A stretch of DNA of 63,940 nucleotides, the filler included, from Reticulomyxa filosa (taxonomy: Eukaryota; Protista; Foraminifera): assembly GCA_000512085.1 (NCBI GenBank). It is 14 parts of 14 records of this genome, joined end to end, with 100 filler letters (N's around TTAATTAATTAA, not from the genome) between each part and the next. Parts side by side here need not be neighbours in the genome. Positions count along the whole stretch, not along the records: positions 32,292 to 39,777 come from ASPP01009137.1; positions 39,878 to 45,918 come from ASPP01035897.1; positions 46,019 to 53,637 come from ASPP01013617.1; 11 more parts are not named here. One strand, 5' to 3'. A program made the position numbers and the translations under genes. This document shows, piece by piece, positions 35,697 through 48,869 of this stretch. A model generated the notes under the pieces. It had not been told where the DNA came from. It made no database searches and was given only the letters and a program-made list of their open reading frames with translations. Numbering within the stretch: the first letter of the stretch is position 1; each line of letters begins with the position of its first letter.

Positions 35697-37633
35697 ATGG
35701 TGGATGTGTTTCGCAACAAGGAAGAGATTTTAGAATCTCGAACGAATCCAGAAGATATCCTAAGTTATTTTCCAGAGGAGCCATTGCCACGAGATTGGGT
35801 GACAATCCCAAACCTGGATTCATTTTTATGTGATGTATACGCGTACCATCGTCGAAAGGGATTTTGGTCGATAATAGTGCAGTGGTGCACGAACATATTG
35901 AGCATAGCATTTACAATAGGTTTTAGTGCGTTTCTAATCGGATGCGTGGATTGGAAGAATGTGTTGGCATGTCACGAGATAGCAACAAAGGGGCCATCGC
36001 AGAGCCAAGCGACAGCGAGGAAGTGCGAGCATTTGAAGTGGATTCGCGACGACGCAATGCAAATGGACACGACATTGGGATTGTTAGTGGACACGTACGT
36101 GATGGTATTCAGTGTGTATCTGTTGTGGCATATCGGATCGTTTGTGTATTCGATTCCGTCGTTGAAGCGAACGCGAACGTTTTATCGCACGAAGCTGCAC
36201 ATCAGCGACGAGGAGTTGATTCAATTGGAGTGGAGTGCAGTGATGGACCGATTGGTCGAGTTGCAATTGTATCACGAGAAGCGTTTGGATGCGTTGGACA
36301 TAACCAATCGAATTTTGAGGAAAGAAAACTACCTGTTGGGATTGATTCAAAACCATATCGTCGACTTCCATTCGCCGTTTCAATTCTCGTGTTTCAACAG
36401 TACCGTCTCTTCTCTGCGTCGTCGTCGTCGTCGTCGTCGTCGTCATAGTCGTTTACATGTATTATCACCATCATCTCAGCATCAGCATCAGCAGCAGCAG
36501 CAACAGCAACAGCAGCTGAAGCAAGTGAATGAGAGTGATGTTGACACAAAGACAAACATATCCCAAAAAAGAAGAAGAAGAAGAAGAAGAGAAAAACAAA
36601 GCAAAAGAGGGATATGCAGCTCTTATTAAACTATCCAGAAGATGATGATGATGATGATGATGATGATGACGATGATGACTATGATGATAATTATAGTGAT
36701 GATGATGATGATGAAAATGCAAAGATCAAAATGAATGAAAAAAGTGGAGACGGTGACACCAATATTATGACTACATCGACGAATGTGTTGGAGCCAGTTT
36801 CGGAGCGGGATGGGGATGAGGATGAAGATGAGGATGAGGATGAGGATGAGGAAACAGGAAGAAGGAGAGAGAAAAGCAGTGATGACAATGAGAGGGAGAT
36901 AGGCTATTTAGGACAAGTGCTGGAATGGAACTTGCTGTTCTTTCTAAACTCGTGGGTGTTCACGCGTGACGGCGAGCGTGTGCAAATGGAGGCTCTGGAC
37001 AATCCTCGCTCTTTGCAAAGCAAACTGGTGTTTCTTGGCATCATCAACTTACTTCTCATTCCGTTCACTTTAGTGTTCCGGATCACTTTTTTTTTTTGAA
37101 GAATGCTGAGTCATTGAAATCCAATCACAGCACAAGCGGCAGCAGCAGCAGCGGCGGCGGCAGCGCAGCAACGTCACTTTACAGCCATGCGTTCGATGGT
37201 GGCAATGCCAGCCAAGGCGTAGGCGCAGGTGCAAGCTACAGTCATCGCGAATGGACACTGATCAGTCGCTATCAAATTCGTGAGCTGAATGAACTATCGC
37301 ATCAGCTGGAATGGCGCTTGATGCGTAGTCATCAATACGCGAAAGAGTACTTGTGGAGCGTCAACTATTATGACAAACACAATATGATCTACTTCCATAT
37401 TTTTGATCTGCTGGCCTTCATTTGCGGCTCCATCATGGCTGTTCTCATTGTCATCACCTTTGTCGATGGCAATCTGCTCCTCAATATCCAAGTGTATGGA
37501 CGTTCCTTGTTCTGGTATTTAGCCATTTTCACCGCTTTGTACGGCATCTTCAAGAGCAATATACCTAACACTACTCCTCCATACGTTGTTGTCAAAGTGC
37601 CTATTGCTTGTTCTCCTTCACAAAAAGTGCTTC

Positions 37634-37667
<34 letters not shown>

Positions 37668-39182
37668 TAACAATAACAATAACAATAATAATAATAATAA
37701 TAATAATAGTAATAATAATAACAATAACAATAATAATAATAATAATAACAATAACAATAACAATAACAATAACAATAACAATAATAATATTAATAACAAT
37801 AACAATAATAATAATATGAGTCTTTGCAATAATGATTTCACTTATAATAATACTGCCTTTGGCGAGGTTTTGCTACGGATATCTCCCGAAACTTCGATGA
37901 AACGGCTCAGTCGTTACACTCATTACATGAAGGAAGAGTGGGGCGAACGCTGTCACACGCTGCATGTTCGCAACGAGTTTTTGCAAATGTATCAATCCAA
38001 GTTTCAAATATTCGTGCAAGAGGTGCTCAACGTCTTCAGCACGCCCTTCATGCTGATGTTCACTCTGCCGCGGTGCATGCATAACTTTACCCAGTTTATG
38101 CAACAAAACACCGTACATATTCCAGGCGTCGGGGACGTATACGCGCCGGCTACATTCGAATGGAACAAGCCACAACAACAACAACAACAACAACAACAGC
38201 AACAACATCCATTTCACAATGCTCTAGATGGCGTCAAAGGCAAACTCGAAAAATCGTTTTTGTCGTTTGCCATAAATTATCCGAATTGGAAGGCCGATCC
38301 TTATCAATCGCACATGCTATATTCCATGGTTCATCCTTTGGCCTCCACGAATGACCCGTCGATGCTGCAAGCCAATCGAGATTCTGTTTTTACAAAGAGC
38401 TTTGCGGCCAGTCAAAACCCGTCGCAATTGAGAGACTCCACTTTTGTGCAAAAAACTCTGTCCGAAGAGAAAGAAGAAGAAAGAGGAAACGATGACAATG
38501 ACAATACCTCTGCAAAGTACAAAAAACATGGCGATGACAATAATGACGACGATGAGGAGAATTATAAATATAAAGAAAATATTGGACTGTCTTCTGTTTC
38601 TTCAAAGAACAGACGAGTGATGACTGAAAGTACAAAAGCTTTGAGGTTGACTTTCAGTACCATTTTGCAGTACAAAAAACAGAATCAACAACAAACCAAA
38701 GTTTGACGTTTAATGCCGGAGGTCATGCTACACTCCTCACTGGAAACCCCATTCACAGCAATTTTGGATCGCAAATGATGTCGGCAATTCCACAGCTTAA
38801 TACGGCCATGACTGAAACGCAAATGTATGAAGGGAGTGACTTAAACAATCCCGCTCCTGCTACTATCCCTTCCACCACCAATTCGCTTTGGAACTTACCA
38901 AATATGATTGAAACTGAAAGCTACATGGAACTTTTTGATCACTTGAACGAACAGCTACAAAGGGGTATCATCCCTTCTCCTCCCGATCTCCAAGAGTCAC
39001 ACTTGCCTCCCTTTCCTCAGCTCCACAGGGGCATGGAGAGGGCTATAAGTCAACCTGTTGACACCGACGACGAAATCACTGACAAAAAGTTACTGTCTTC
39101 TCATAAACTTAGTCAAACTGAACACACTGATGTTACTATATCACCTCCGCATGAACAAATCAGCTCTGAAGCACTTACGTAA
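35697..39182 (+). CDS. ATG9: Autophagy protein ATG9 (lipid scramblase) with large low-complexity insertions; three apparent 1-nt frameshifts
   Basis: Motifs IPNLDSFLCDVYAYHRRKGF, CVDW, ALDITNRILRKENYL, VLEWNL, GIINLLLIPF, REWT...RELNELSH, IFVQEVLNVFSTPF, VHIPGVGDV and GKLEKSFLSFAINYPNW. Frame breaks at ~36570 (A run), ~37095 (T11) and ~38700 (AAAG). Confidence 0.93.
37635..37816 (+). repeat. (AAT/AAC)n microsatellite encoding poly-Asn inside ATG9
   Basis: Directly visible trinucleotide array, in frame with ORF 37096-38706. Confidence 0.9.
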
Positions 39183-39877
39183 CTAGCTTTCCTTCCTATT
39201 TTTTTTTTTTATATGTTCAATGTTCTGATGGCATACCGAATGGTTGACTAACTTAATCAAGTTTTTCTTTTGAGTAAAAAATGCTTTTGTGTGTTTTTCA
39301 ATCAAACAAAAAATGTCAATCACTTAAAGTGTCAACACAACACAAATCTAACTTCAATTTCACTTATTTTTTTAATTTTTTTGGAAAAAACTGCAGAAAT
39401 CTGGCTGTGTTTAATTGTAAAATGTTACAAAAAACGTAGCAATTTTAAAGAACGTAAAACAACAAATTGATAAACATAAAAATTAAATTCTCAAACATAT
39501 TCTATTATTAATTATTATCAAATTGTGATACTGTGTAAATATATAAAAAACAAGAAGACTCGCAATAATCTGGGTAAATTTAAATACAGTAAGATAAAAA
39601 AGAAAGTTGACACCTAAAATGCCACCTTATATAGATGATTGTGTTTCTCCATAAAAAAACAACATTTAATCAAAAATTTTTTTTAAAAAAATATCTACGA
39701 ATCGTGTAGTTTTTAAATATCATTTTGAATTTAATTTTTTAATAAGTCTTTCTAATTTTTTCAAAAATTTTATTCTTNNNNNNNNNNNNNNNNNNNNNNN
39801 NNNNNNNNNNNNNNNNNNNNNTTAATTAATTAANNNNNNNNNNNNNNNNNNNNNNNNNNNNNNNNNNNNNNNNNNNN

Positions 39878-40756
39878 AAAACAACAACAAAAAAAAAACT
39901 AATGCGAAAGGTGTTGGAAAAAAAGAACCACAATGGATTTGGTTGGAAAGAAAGTGAGATTGGTACGGTGTTTGCAATAGCTGGTCCTTTTTACACGATA
40001 TCGCAATTGGTGCTGTTTCCAAAGTTTGTCAAGTGGTTTGGCTACATTGGCATAAGTAAAATAAACTCATTGGTTTACGGCGTTTTGATTATACTTACCC
40101 CGCATTTGTCCATGTTTCGCTATCTACCAACAAATGGTGCTATCGCTATTCTCGTCTTGGCAATAGTGGCATTGTTTTCTTTAAGGGTAATGGTTTCCAC
40201 ATGTACCTTTGTTATGATCAACAATGCCGATACTTCTGGTTCTTTTTTTTTTTTTTTTTTTGTAAACAATCCTTTTTCTTTCCTCCCTTCTTTTTTTTTT
40301 TAAAACTCCTCTAATCGATCAATTTTGGGATTGTTGTGATGGGTTAGACGTCCGTGCAACTGCAAATGGAATTGGACAGACATTTGGGTCAATAGGTCGC
40401 CTATTAGCACCTGCGATACTGTGCAATATTTATGCGTATTGTGTGGACCACAACTTGCCGTGGCCTTTTGACTATTGTTTGTGTTTTATATCCAAGGGCT
40501 TCTCAGCTTTTTTAATGCCGCTTGGTTGCACTTCTTGCTGCCCAAAGACTATGAAAAAAGATGTGAAAAGAATGTGGACGAAGTTGTGCCGTCTGATACA
40601 ACGTCCAAGTCTACTGCGTCGCAAGACACGCATTATGTTCGCACACACTCAAATGAGATAAGTGCTAGTAACAGTGATGACAATGACGGTGAACTGGACA
40701 TTCAGTCCACTGCGCACAAGCAGATCGAATTGGAAGAAATTAACACAAAAAACTAA
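39878..40756 (+). CDS. MFS transporter (ZIFL/TetA-like), C-terminal half
   Basis: GFGWKESEIG...SQLVLFP...MINNADTS|DVRATANGIGQTFGSIGRLLAP; intron ~40239-40348; probable T-run frameshift near 40480. Confidence 0.8.
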
Positions 40757-41415
40757 TTCTTTTTCCTAATACTCTTCTTTTTTTTTTTTTTCATTGTGCA
40801 ATAATTGTGTGAGTCTGATGGAACAAAATAGCTCTAATTAAGTAACTTTTGTTCATTGCCTTTACATTTATTATCAATTAAAGTTCTCTTGCTTCGTTTT
40901 TAATTATTCAAACACAAAGTGAACCACTGCAAAGGTGGACTAGAACACTAAACAAACGAATAATTACAAATAGGTAATTCTGTGTACGTGACCAATTTTT
41001 AATACTGATATTTTGGTCTAAATTTATTGAAAGTCAGCAAACTGTAATACGAAAGGGTCGCTTGTGAACAAAATTCAACAAAAAACAAAAGTAAACTAAA
41101 TAATGAAACAGAAAACAAGAGCATAAACTAAAATGAAAGGAGCATGTGAAAAGTAAAGTGAAGCAAATTCAGTGAAAAATAGTTAAGATCCCTTTGGAAC
41201 TTGTCAAACAGTAGTTTCTGATTACAATCATCAAATTGAAACTAATTTCTAAATGCATTGATTTTGATACTTCTTCCAGAAAGATAGTTTAACTTGTACA
41301 AAATAAACAATCTTCTTGTGCCAACAACGCCACACTGTTGAACTCTGTTAACCCTTTTAAATTGAATTGGAGTCTATTCCAAAAAAAACTTTAGTTGAGT
41401 CAAGAAAAGATTATT

Positions 41416-43248
41416 ATGTTGCATTTGAATGTCGAAAGTGAAGAAAAAAAACTGGAAAATAAAAAAGAAACGTTTTTCTTTTCTGGTTGTTTCAAGAAAG
41501 AATGGCTTTTGTTGACTAACAAACCACAAAAATTAAACGCGTTAATGTGTTGTATATGTAATCAAATTGCAAACAACGCAATGGAATTGCATTGTGATGA
41601 ACACGAAAATGTGGATCAAGTTTATTTAGTTGGAGAAGAGTGTTTACAAAAGTATTTGAAACAAAACAATGGAAAATGTCCAATTCAACAACATGGTCAT
41701 TGTAAATTTTCACAAGGTAAAGCGCTGAGAAAATCTGTGTCTGAATTATCAATAATTTGCCCTCGACAATTTAATTTGAAAAAAAGGCAATCAGATGAAG
41801 GGACAAAATCAGGAGAAGAAGGACATTGGAATGAATCAAATTCAAAAAATATATGCAATTATAAAGGAAAAATGAAAGATTTGAAAGATCATTTGGATAA
41901 ATCATGCAATTTGATTTTAAACAAACAAAATATTCCATTAGAAATTATCAATGAGTTGAATGTAATGAATAAACAAATCAGAGAATTGCAAAATGTGGTT
42001 AATGTACAAACAGTTTTGCCCTATTTATTTTTTTTGTGTTTGCTTGCTTAAATAAATGATGGGAAAAAAAAAAAAAAATTTTAAAAAGGAACAATTCAAG
42101 CATTTAAAAGCAGAATTATTGAATAAAGATGAACAAATATGCGAACTAACAAAAGATATTCAACAACTCAAAACAGAAATGGATCAAACTATTTTTAATT
42201 TAAAGAACCAACAAAATGAGCAAATTGAACAATGGAAAATAAAATTTGAAGTTCATTTTACCAAATTGGAAGAGCTTGTGAAATCCAATAACGAACAAAT
42301 TAACAACTTAAAACATGAATTACTTAAAAAAAATCAAACTATATTATCAAATGATATTCAACACTTAAAAATAGAAATTGATCAACATCACAAAAAAAAA
42401 ATGAACAAAAAGAAATAGAAAAAAAACAAGACAATACTACGTTCGATCATAACAAAAATTGTGGAAATATGTTATCATTCATTCAAAGTTCGAATTTAAA
42501 AAATGGAGTCGATTTTTTATTGATAAATGAAAATAAAAAAATCACACAGTTAAAAAATAATGAATGGAATAATTATAATTTTGGAATATTTTTACTTGGA
42601 GAAAATATCACTTTAACTCTTAAATGTAATAGAAATAAAAAAGAAAAAGAATTTGGACATTTAAAAATTAAAACAAGTCATTTATGGATTAAACATTCTT
42701 CATCCAAAATTGATTGCTCACAATTGGGATATCCTTCGAATCAAGGTCCTGGAAAGGGTGAAAGAGGACGGTATGGTAGATGTGGTGGTGGTGGATATGG
42801 AACGAAAGGAGAAGAAAATGATGAACAAGGTGGAGAAATATATGGAGAAGAGACTTTGTTGAAACAAATTCATTTTGGAAGTGGAGGTGGAGATGGAAGT
42901 GCCTGGATACAATCATCTGGAGGAAGTGGCGGCGGAATAATTGAACTGATAATTGAACAACAATTAATCAATCATGGATCAATTCAATCCAATGGAGGGA
43001 GTGGATCACGTGATGGTGATGCTGGTGGTGGTGGAAGTGGAGGATCAATATTAATTGAATTACAATGTCAATCTCAATCTCATTCAAATAAATTGGAACA
43101 AACTTTTGGAACTATCACATGTATTGGAGGAAATCAAAATAAAATAAATGAAGGTGGAAAAGGAAGAATTGCAATTTATGGTATTGAATTATCAGCAGAT
43201 GATATTTTAAAAATTGATCCAAAACCATTTAACAGATCTTACAAATAA
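41416..43248 (+). CDS. RING/TRAF-like zinc finger, coiled coil and C-terminal glycine-rich domain protein (lineage-expanded family)
   Basis: CCICNQIANNAMELHCDEH...GEECL...GKCP, then CPRQF...CNYKG...DHLDKSC (TRAF-like), a coiled coil, and GPGKG...GGGGYGTKG...FGSGGG...GGSGGGII...GGGSGGSILI...GGKGRIAIYG. Intron ~42004-42088; A10 frameshift near 42400. Confidence 0.75.
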
Positions 43249-43614
43249 TTTCATTTTATTATTTTCCAATTTTTTCCAATTGAAATGATTTTTTTGTTTT
43301 CAAATAACTCTTGTTTTGCCAGTTTCAAATTGTCTTTTAATTTAGAAGTTTAACTTTTTTTAAAATGTAATCTACATTCAATGCTAAATTTTAGTACAAA
43401 TTACATTTCATGTTCATTATAATTAAAAAAAACTTTTGAAATGAACAAAATAAACCTTTTCTTCGAATTGAAAAAAAAATCATAACGTAATTTATTTTAA
43501 GAATAATTTTCAAGATATCACAAATCATATCAAATTAATTCTTTGTTCATAGAATAATTTTTTGTTTTTCTTTTAATCCACTCAAAAAGTATCAAACTTG
43601 AAAAAAAAGAACAA

Positions 43615-44974
43615 CTATCCCCAAATACAAACTGGACCTTCGAATGAACTATAACACAGATTAACACTACAACCATTATCATTTTTGTTTTTCATATTCT
43701 TTTTTAATTGAAAAAATTTAAGACACATTATTCCATTTTTGTCTTCAATCACATGCAGTTCATTCTTATTTAATCGAATATCCCAAAAACGAATTGTACC
43801 ATCCCTTGATCCAGAACATATCACATTTGAATTACCACGAACAACTTCGCTATTATTCATTATCACAAATGGTGAATATTCAACAGCCCATACTTCATTT
43901 TTATGCCCATTGAACATTTGAATTTGTTGACCAGATCGAATATCCCACAAACAAATACTTTTATCATTTGATCCAGATAATATTGTATTTAATAATTCAT
44001 TTGATCCATATTTTACTCTTCTCAATGTACCTTTATGTCCTTTGAATACAATTATTTGTTTGGCTGTTTCAATATCCCATATACAAATTGTTTCATCATG
44101 TGATCCGGAACAAATAGTATATCCGTTACCACCAATCACACCAATGCTATTGATTTTATTACTGTTGTTATTGCTTTGCAATGGCGAAATATCAACACAC
44201 CAAATACTATTCTTATGTCCATTGAAGACATGTAATGATTTGGGTGTTTCGACATCCCATAAACGAACTGTTCTGTCATATGATCCAGAACACAAATATC
44301 TACCACCACTAAATGATGAAAATTCAATACCACAAACACCATTAGTGTGTTCATTGAATATTTGTAATTGCTTATTATTTTTGAAATCGAATGGTTTTGT
44401 CATATGATGAAAAACAAATGACATTTTGACGATGATTATGATAATAATATGATGAAAATTTCGTACCATGAGTAAATGCTGAATGTTTATTGGATTGAAT
44501 TTGTTTGTTGCTATTAATATCCCATACACGAACTGTTTTATCAGATGATACAGAACAAATGAGTTGACTATTGTCAAGTGTTGAAATATCGATATCATAC
44601 ACACCGCCAGTGTGTCCAGTGAACGTATTGCATAATTTTGATGATGAAAGAAATGCGTCAAGAATAAAAAAAGTATTTGCCTGTACAAAATAATGATTAT
44701 AACAACAAATAAATGTTTGACGATTAATAAATGAAACAAAAACAAAACAAACATAACATAATTGACAACATATTTGTCAAATTCGTGAATCCATCCTAAT
44801 TTAATGTTTAATATTCGAATCCAATGATGAACAATTAATTGGATTTCTTCTTCTGACTAATTCAATTACAATCACAGCCACAAACCATATAAAATTAAAA
44901 TCTGAAGATAAAGTTTTAAAAGATTAAATGAATTTTACCAATGCTGGTTGTTTTTCATTGTTTTGAGTGTTCAT
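43615..44974 (-). pseudogene. WD40-repeat protein of an expanded family, frameshifted
   Basis: Exons 44974-44939, 44856-44758 and 44680 onward (MNTQNNEKQPAL|SEEEIQ...LGWIHEFDKYVVNY|ANTFF...FTGH). At ~44388 DKTIRF runs into a stop while the other frame resumes DFKNNKQL, so the WD Trp codon is deleted. Further WD repeats follow (GH...SGS.D.T...WD). Confidence 0.8.
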
Positions 44975-46018
44975 ACTTTCGACTTTTTTTGGGGATTATC
45001 TTCGATGATGTAAGGTAAAAAATGATTGAATTTTTTCTTCAAGATCAATGGGAAAACAATATTTTGACGACATGAAAAACGAGATTTTTATTCTGAATTG
45101 TTTAATGAGTTACCCTTATAAAAGTTATTTAAAAAAAAATTATTTTGTTTTGTTTTGACAATACAAAACCTCATTTCATATATCTTTCGCACTTACTCTT
45201 CTTTGAAAACACAAAAACGCTCTTTCAACAAATGTGAAAGTATTCTTTTGTGCTTGTAAAAAATTCTTTCAAGACATTTCTAGCAACACTTCATTAGATA
45301 ACTCGGGACACAAAGTTGATTTTTTATGAGATATAAAACTAATTTTTTACACTAAGAAATCATTTAATCACTTTGATACATACAATCTAACAAATAACAT
45401 TATTCTCATCATTGACGATAAACAAGACAGTAAGTCTGCTGAACAATGTCAAAGAAAAATGTATATGTAACAACAAAACAGATTCTTGTTTGTCAAAGAT
45501 AATCGAGAGGAAATCAAAATTACAAAATGCAAAATGTATATCTTAACATTTGCTTTATTTGGCATGTGCAAACAATTTTTATGATGCGGTGGATGAAAAC
45601 AACTAAATATCAGTAATGTTTATTTATCACAATTTTTATAGTGGTCTCGTTTGTCATGTAACAACTTTACAAAATAGTTGTCTACAATAATTTCAATAAA
45701 TAACTTAATTGTATTATTATTCTGTCAAAAAAAAATTTTCAAAAAAAAAGTGTGATGCATAGATGTCAAAAGGGTATGTTTAATTCATTTACTTATGATG
45801 ACTATTGGAGAAAAATTAAAAAAATACAAATTGTACATATTGCCTTTGGCAATGATTTTTTTTTTAAATATATAATTATAAATTTAAATTTAAAATGTAA
45901 TTATACCCCTCCCCCCCCNNNNNNNNNNNNNNNNNNNNNNNNNNNNNNNNNNNNNNNNNNNNTTAATTAATTAANNNNNNNNNNNNNNNNNNNNNNNNNN
46001 NNNNNNNNNNNNNNNNNN

Positions 46019-46910
46019 TTTCTTTTTTATCTTACTGTATCTTGTTGGAATTCAACTTATTGTTTTGTCTTTTTTAAATGCAATTGACAAATACGTTCCA
46101 ATAACAAGAACATCTATTGAAAATTTTTGCAGCAGATTTTTTTTATTTATAATTTCTAATTTATCTGCTGTTGTCGTTTTCATCAACATATTCTTCTTGT
46201 TCTTTTTTGTTTTCATAATAATGGTAATGATATAGCATAAATTCTTTCATATAATTCTTGATGGTCCCGTTTCCTCCAAATCATTTCTTCTTTATTATTA
46301 TTATTTTCATCACTATCATTTTCATTTTTAATATTTCCTTCATTTTCAATTTTTTCAAATTTGAATTGAATTTTTTTTTTATACATTTTAATAATTTATA
46401 TCTTTTATAATTTTCAATTTTTCATTTTCTTCAACTTTTAAATATTTTCATTTATTTTAGAATCTGTTGTTAACATATTGTTTTGTTTTTTTAAAAAATA
46501 TTTTTATTTAATTTCTCTTCATTTTCATTCAATAAATCAAATCAAATTTATTTTCATCTTCTACATATAATTTTTTTTTCTTCTTTTGTTGATATTATAT
46601 ATGATCATGATATAAAAATTTTTCTGATTCCGGTGCTATTGTGAATTCAAATAAACCAGCTCCACTAGTCCATCATTTAAATTAAATTCACCAAGTCCAC
46701 CACTTACATCAAATCCAAAATCAAATGACGTTAATGCTAGAGTTTCTGATCGTTGAAATACACTTTTATCAAACCCAAATAATGATATAAGCTCGTCAGC
46801 TTTTTGGTAAGTACATATGTTCATACCCAGTACGTGGAGTATCGCACGCTTGACACTTGAATAAATTTGGTGTGATATTCATACAAACACAACAGAACCA
46901 ACCTTCATGC
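46019..46910 (-). pseudogene. Decayed member of a lineage-specific multigene family
   Basis: A coding-like stretch (VKRAILHVLGMNICTYQKADELISLFGFD...LVELVYLNSQ) is interrupted by stops and followed by K/E/N-rich degenerate sequence. It resembles the N-terminus of an expanded Reticulomyxa family, from recall only. Confidence 0.4.
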
Positions 46911-47111
46911 TGTTGGGCGAATTTTACAAAAAAAAACTGCAAAAATACTTTATCCGTTTTTTATTTTGCAGACTTTAGGAAAAATTTAATTTTTGTGAAA
47001 GTACTATTTTATGTTGCAGAATTTTCAATATAACTGTATATTCCTAATCTGATTACTAACTAGAAAATTGGAGTTGCAAGGTTTTTTTTTAAAAGTAGAA
47101 ACGTGATACCA

Positions 47112-48869
47112 ATGTTACGCCGACTTGCACGAATACGTTTTTTGTCGCACAAAAAAATTGTTAGACAATGGTCGACTAGAAGATTTTGGACTAATCCAGA
47201 ACCGTTGGGAACGCATGAACCTTTCCGTCCCGTTCTGGGAAAGGAGCCAAAAGTATGCAGTGCTGAAGAGGCAGTGAGTGTGGTCCAATCACGTCATCGA
47301 ATATATGTACACGGAGCAGCAGCAACCCCTTCTCTTTTGTTGGAAGCATTATGTGCCCATGCAAAAAAACAAAATTTGAAACATGTGGAATTAGTGCACA
47401 TTCATACAGAAGGCAAAGCCCCTCAGGTTTGCCGTTTCTTTAAAAACCAGAAAATGTGTGTATATATCAAAGACGACTGTATATGTGTGCGATTTGTTGA
47501 TGGGGACGAAATGGAACTACGTGAATCGCATATAAGTACAGGTATCTCCTGATTATCGTGCACACTTTCGGGACAATTCACTATTCATAGGAAGCAATCT
47601 CCGAAATGCTGTAAATTGTGGAGAAGCTGATTTCACTCCCATTTTCTTAAGCGAGATCCCCCGTCTGTTTCAAAGTCCGGGGTACAAACTAGATATGGCA
47701 TTGTTACACGTGTCTCCACCAGATAGGCACGGATTTTGTTCCCTGGGCACCAGTGTCGATTGCACCAGGTTTTTTTCTTTTTTTTGTTCTCTCTCGTAGT
47801 TGCGAAAATTTAGGGAGAAAAAAAAAAGGGGGTTGTGTTGAGAGAATGTGAATTTTTAGCGCACCTTTAGCAACTTTTTTTTTTTTTTTGAAAAGTGACC
47901 CCCCCCCCTTTTTTTTGTTTAAAATTATAAAAAATACTTGTCATGCAATTAAGATTATCAAAGATGTAAAAAAAAAAAAAAAGAGCGGCAATTTTGGGAG
48001 CAAAACATGTGGTTGGACTGGTGAACAAGAATGTTCCAAGAACACATGGCGACGGACATGTGCATTTGTCGCACTTTGACAGCATTGTGTACCATGACTC
48101 GCCTTTGCCAGAAATAAAGGGAGGCGGAGACACGGACGAGGCAACGGAAAAGATCGGACAAATAATAGCGGAGAATCTGATTCCCGACCGCGCGTGCTTG
48201 CAAATGGGGATTGGTGGAATTCCGGACAGTGTGTTGAAGTGTTTGAAGAGCCACAAAGACCTTGGCATACATACGGAAATGTGCAGTGACGGTATTTTGC
48301 ATTTGGTCAACTCGGGCATCGTCTCGAATGCGTTCAAGTACCAACACCGTGGCAAAACAGTGTCTTCGTTTTGCATGGGGTCGAAGAAGTTGTACGAGTA
48401 TATCCACGACAATCCGTCGGTGCTGTTCTTTGATTGCAGCTATGTGAATGACGTCGGTGTCATTAGCTCGAATGATCGCGTGCATGCCATTAACTCATGC
48501 ATCGAAGTAGACCTCACTGGCCAAGTCTGTGCTGACTCGATTGGGACACGCATGTTTTCGGGTGTTGGTGGACAAATGGACTTTATGCGTGGTGCGGCGT
48601 TGTCCAGAGGAGGGAAACCTATCATGGCCTTCACCTCCACCACGGGAAAAGGAATGAGCAAAATTGTCCCCACGTTGAAACAAGGGTCAGGGGTTGTCAC
48701 CACTCGGGCTCATGTACAATATGTTGTCACCGAGTATGGCTATGCCAATTTATATGGAAAATCGCTGCGCGAAAGAGCCAAATTGTTAATTGGCTTGGCA
48801 CATCCTGATCACAGAGAATCGCTTGAAAAAGCTGCAATCGAGAGATTTGGAAAGCTGGACTTGGATTAA
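47112..48869 (+). CDS. Acetyl-CoA hydrolase/transferase (acetate:succinate CoA-transferase IB / 4-hydroxybutyrate CoA-transferase-like), predicted mitochondrial
   Basis: Exons 47112-47426, 47542-47768 and 47984-48869 give a 475-aa frame. The N-terminus is Arg-rich and lacks acidic residues (MLRRLARIRFLSHKKIVRQWSTRRF). Motifs SPPDRHGFCSLG, LQMGIGGIP, LGIHTEM, EVDLTGQV, SGVGGQMDF and VVTEYG. Confidence 0.93.

Noticed and set aside
37586-37841. Poly-Ile and poly-Leu ORFs
   Set aside because: Alternative frames of the AAT/AAC microsatellite in ATG9.
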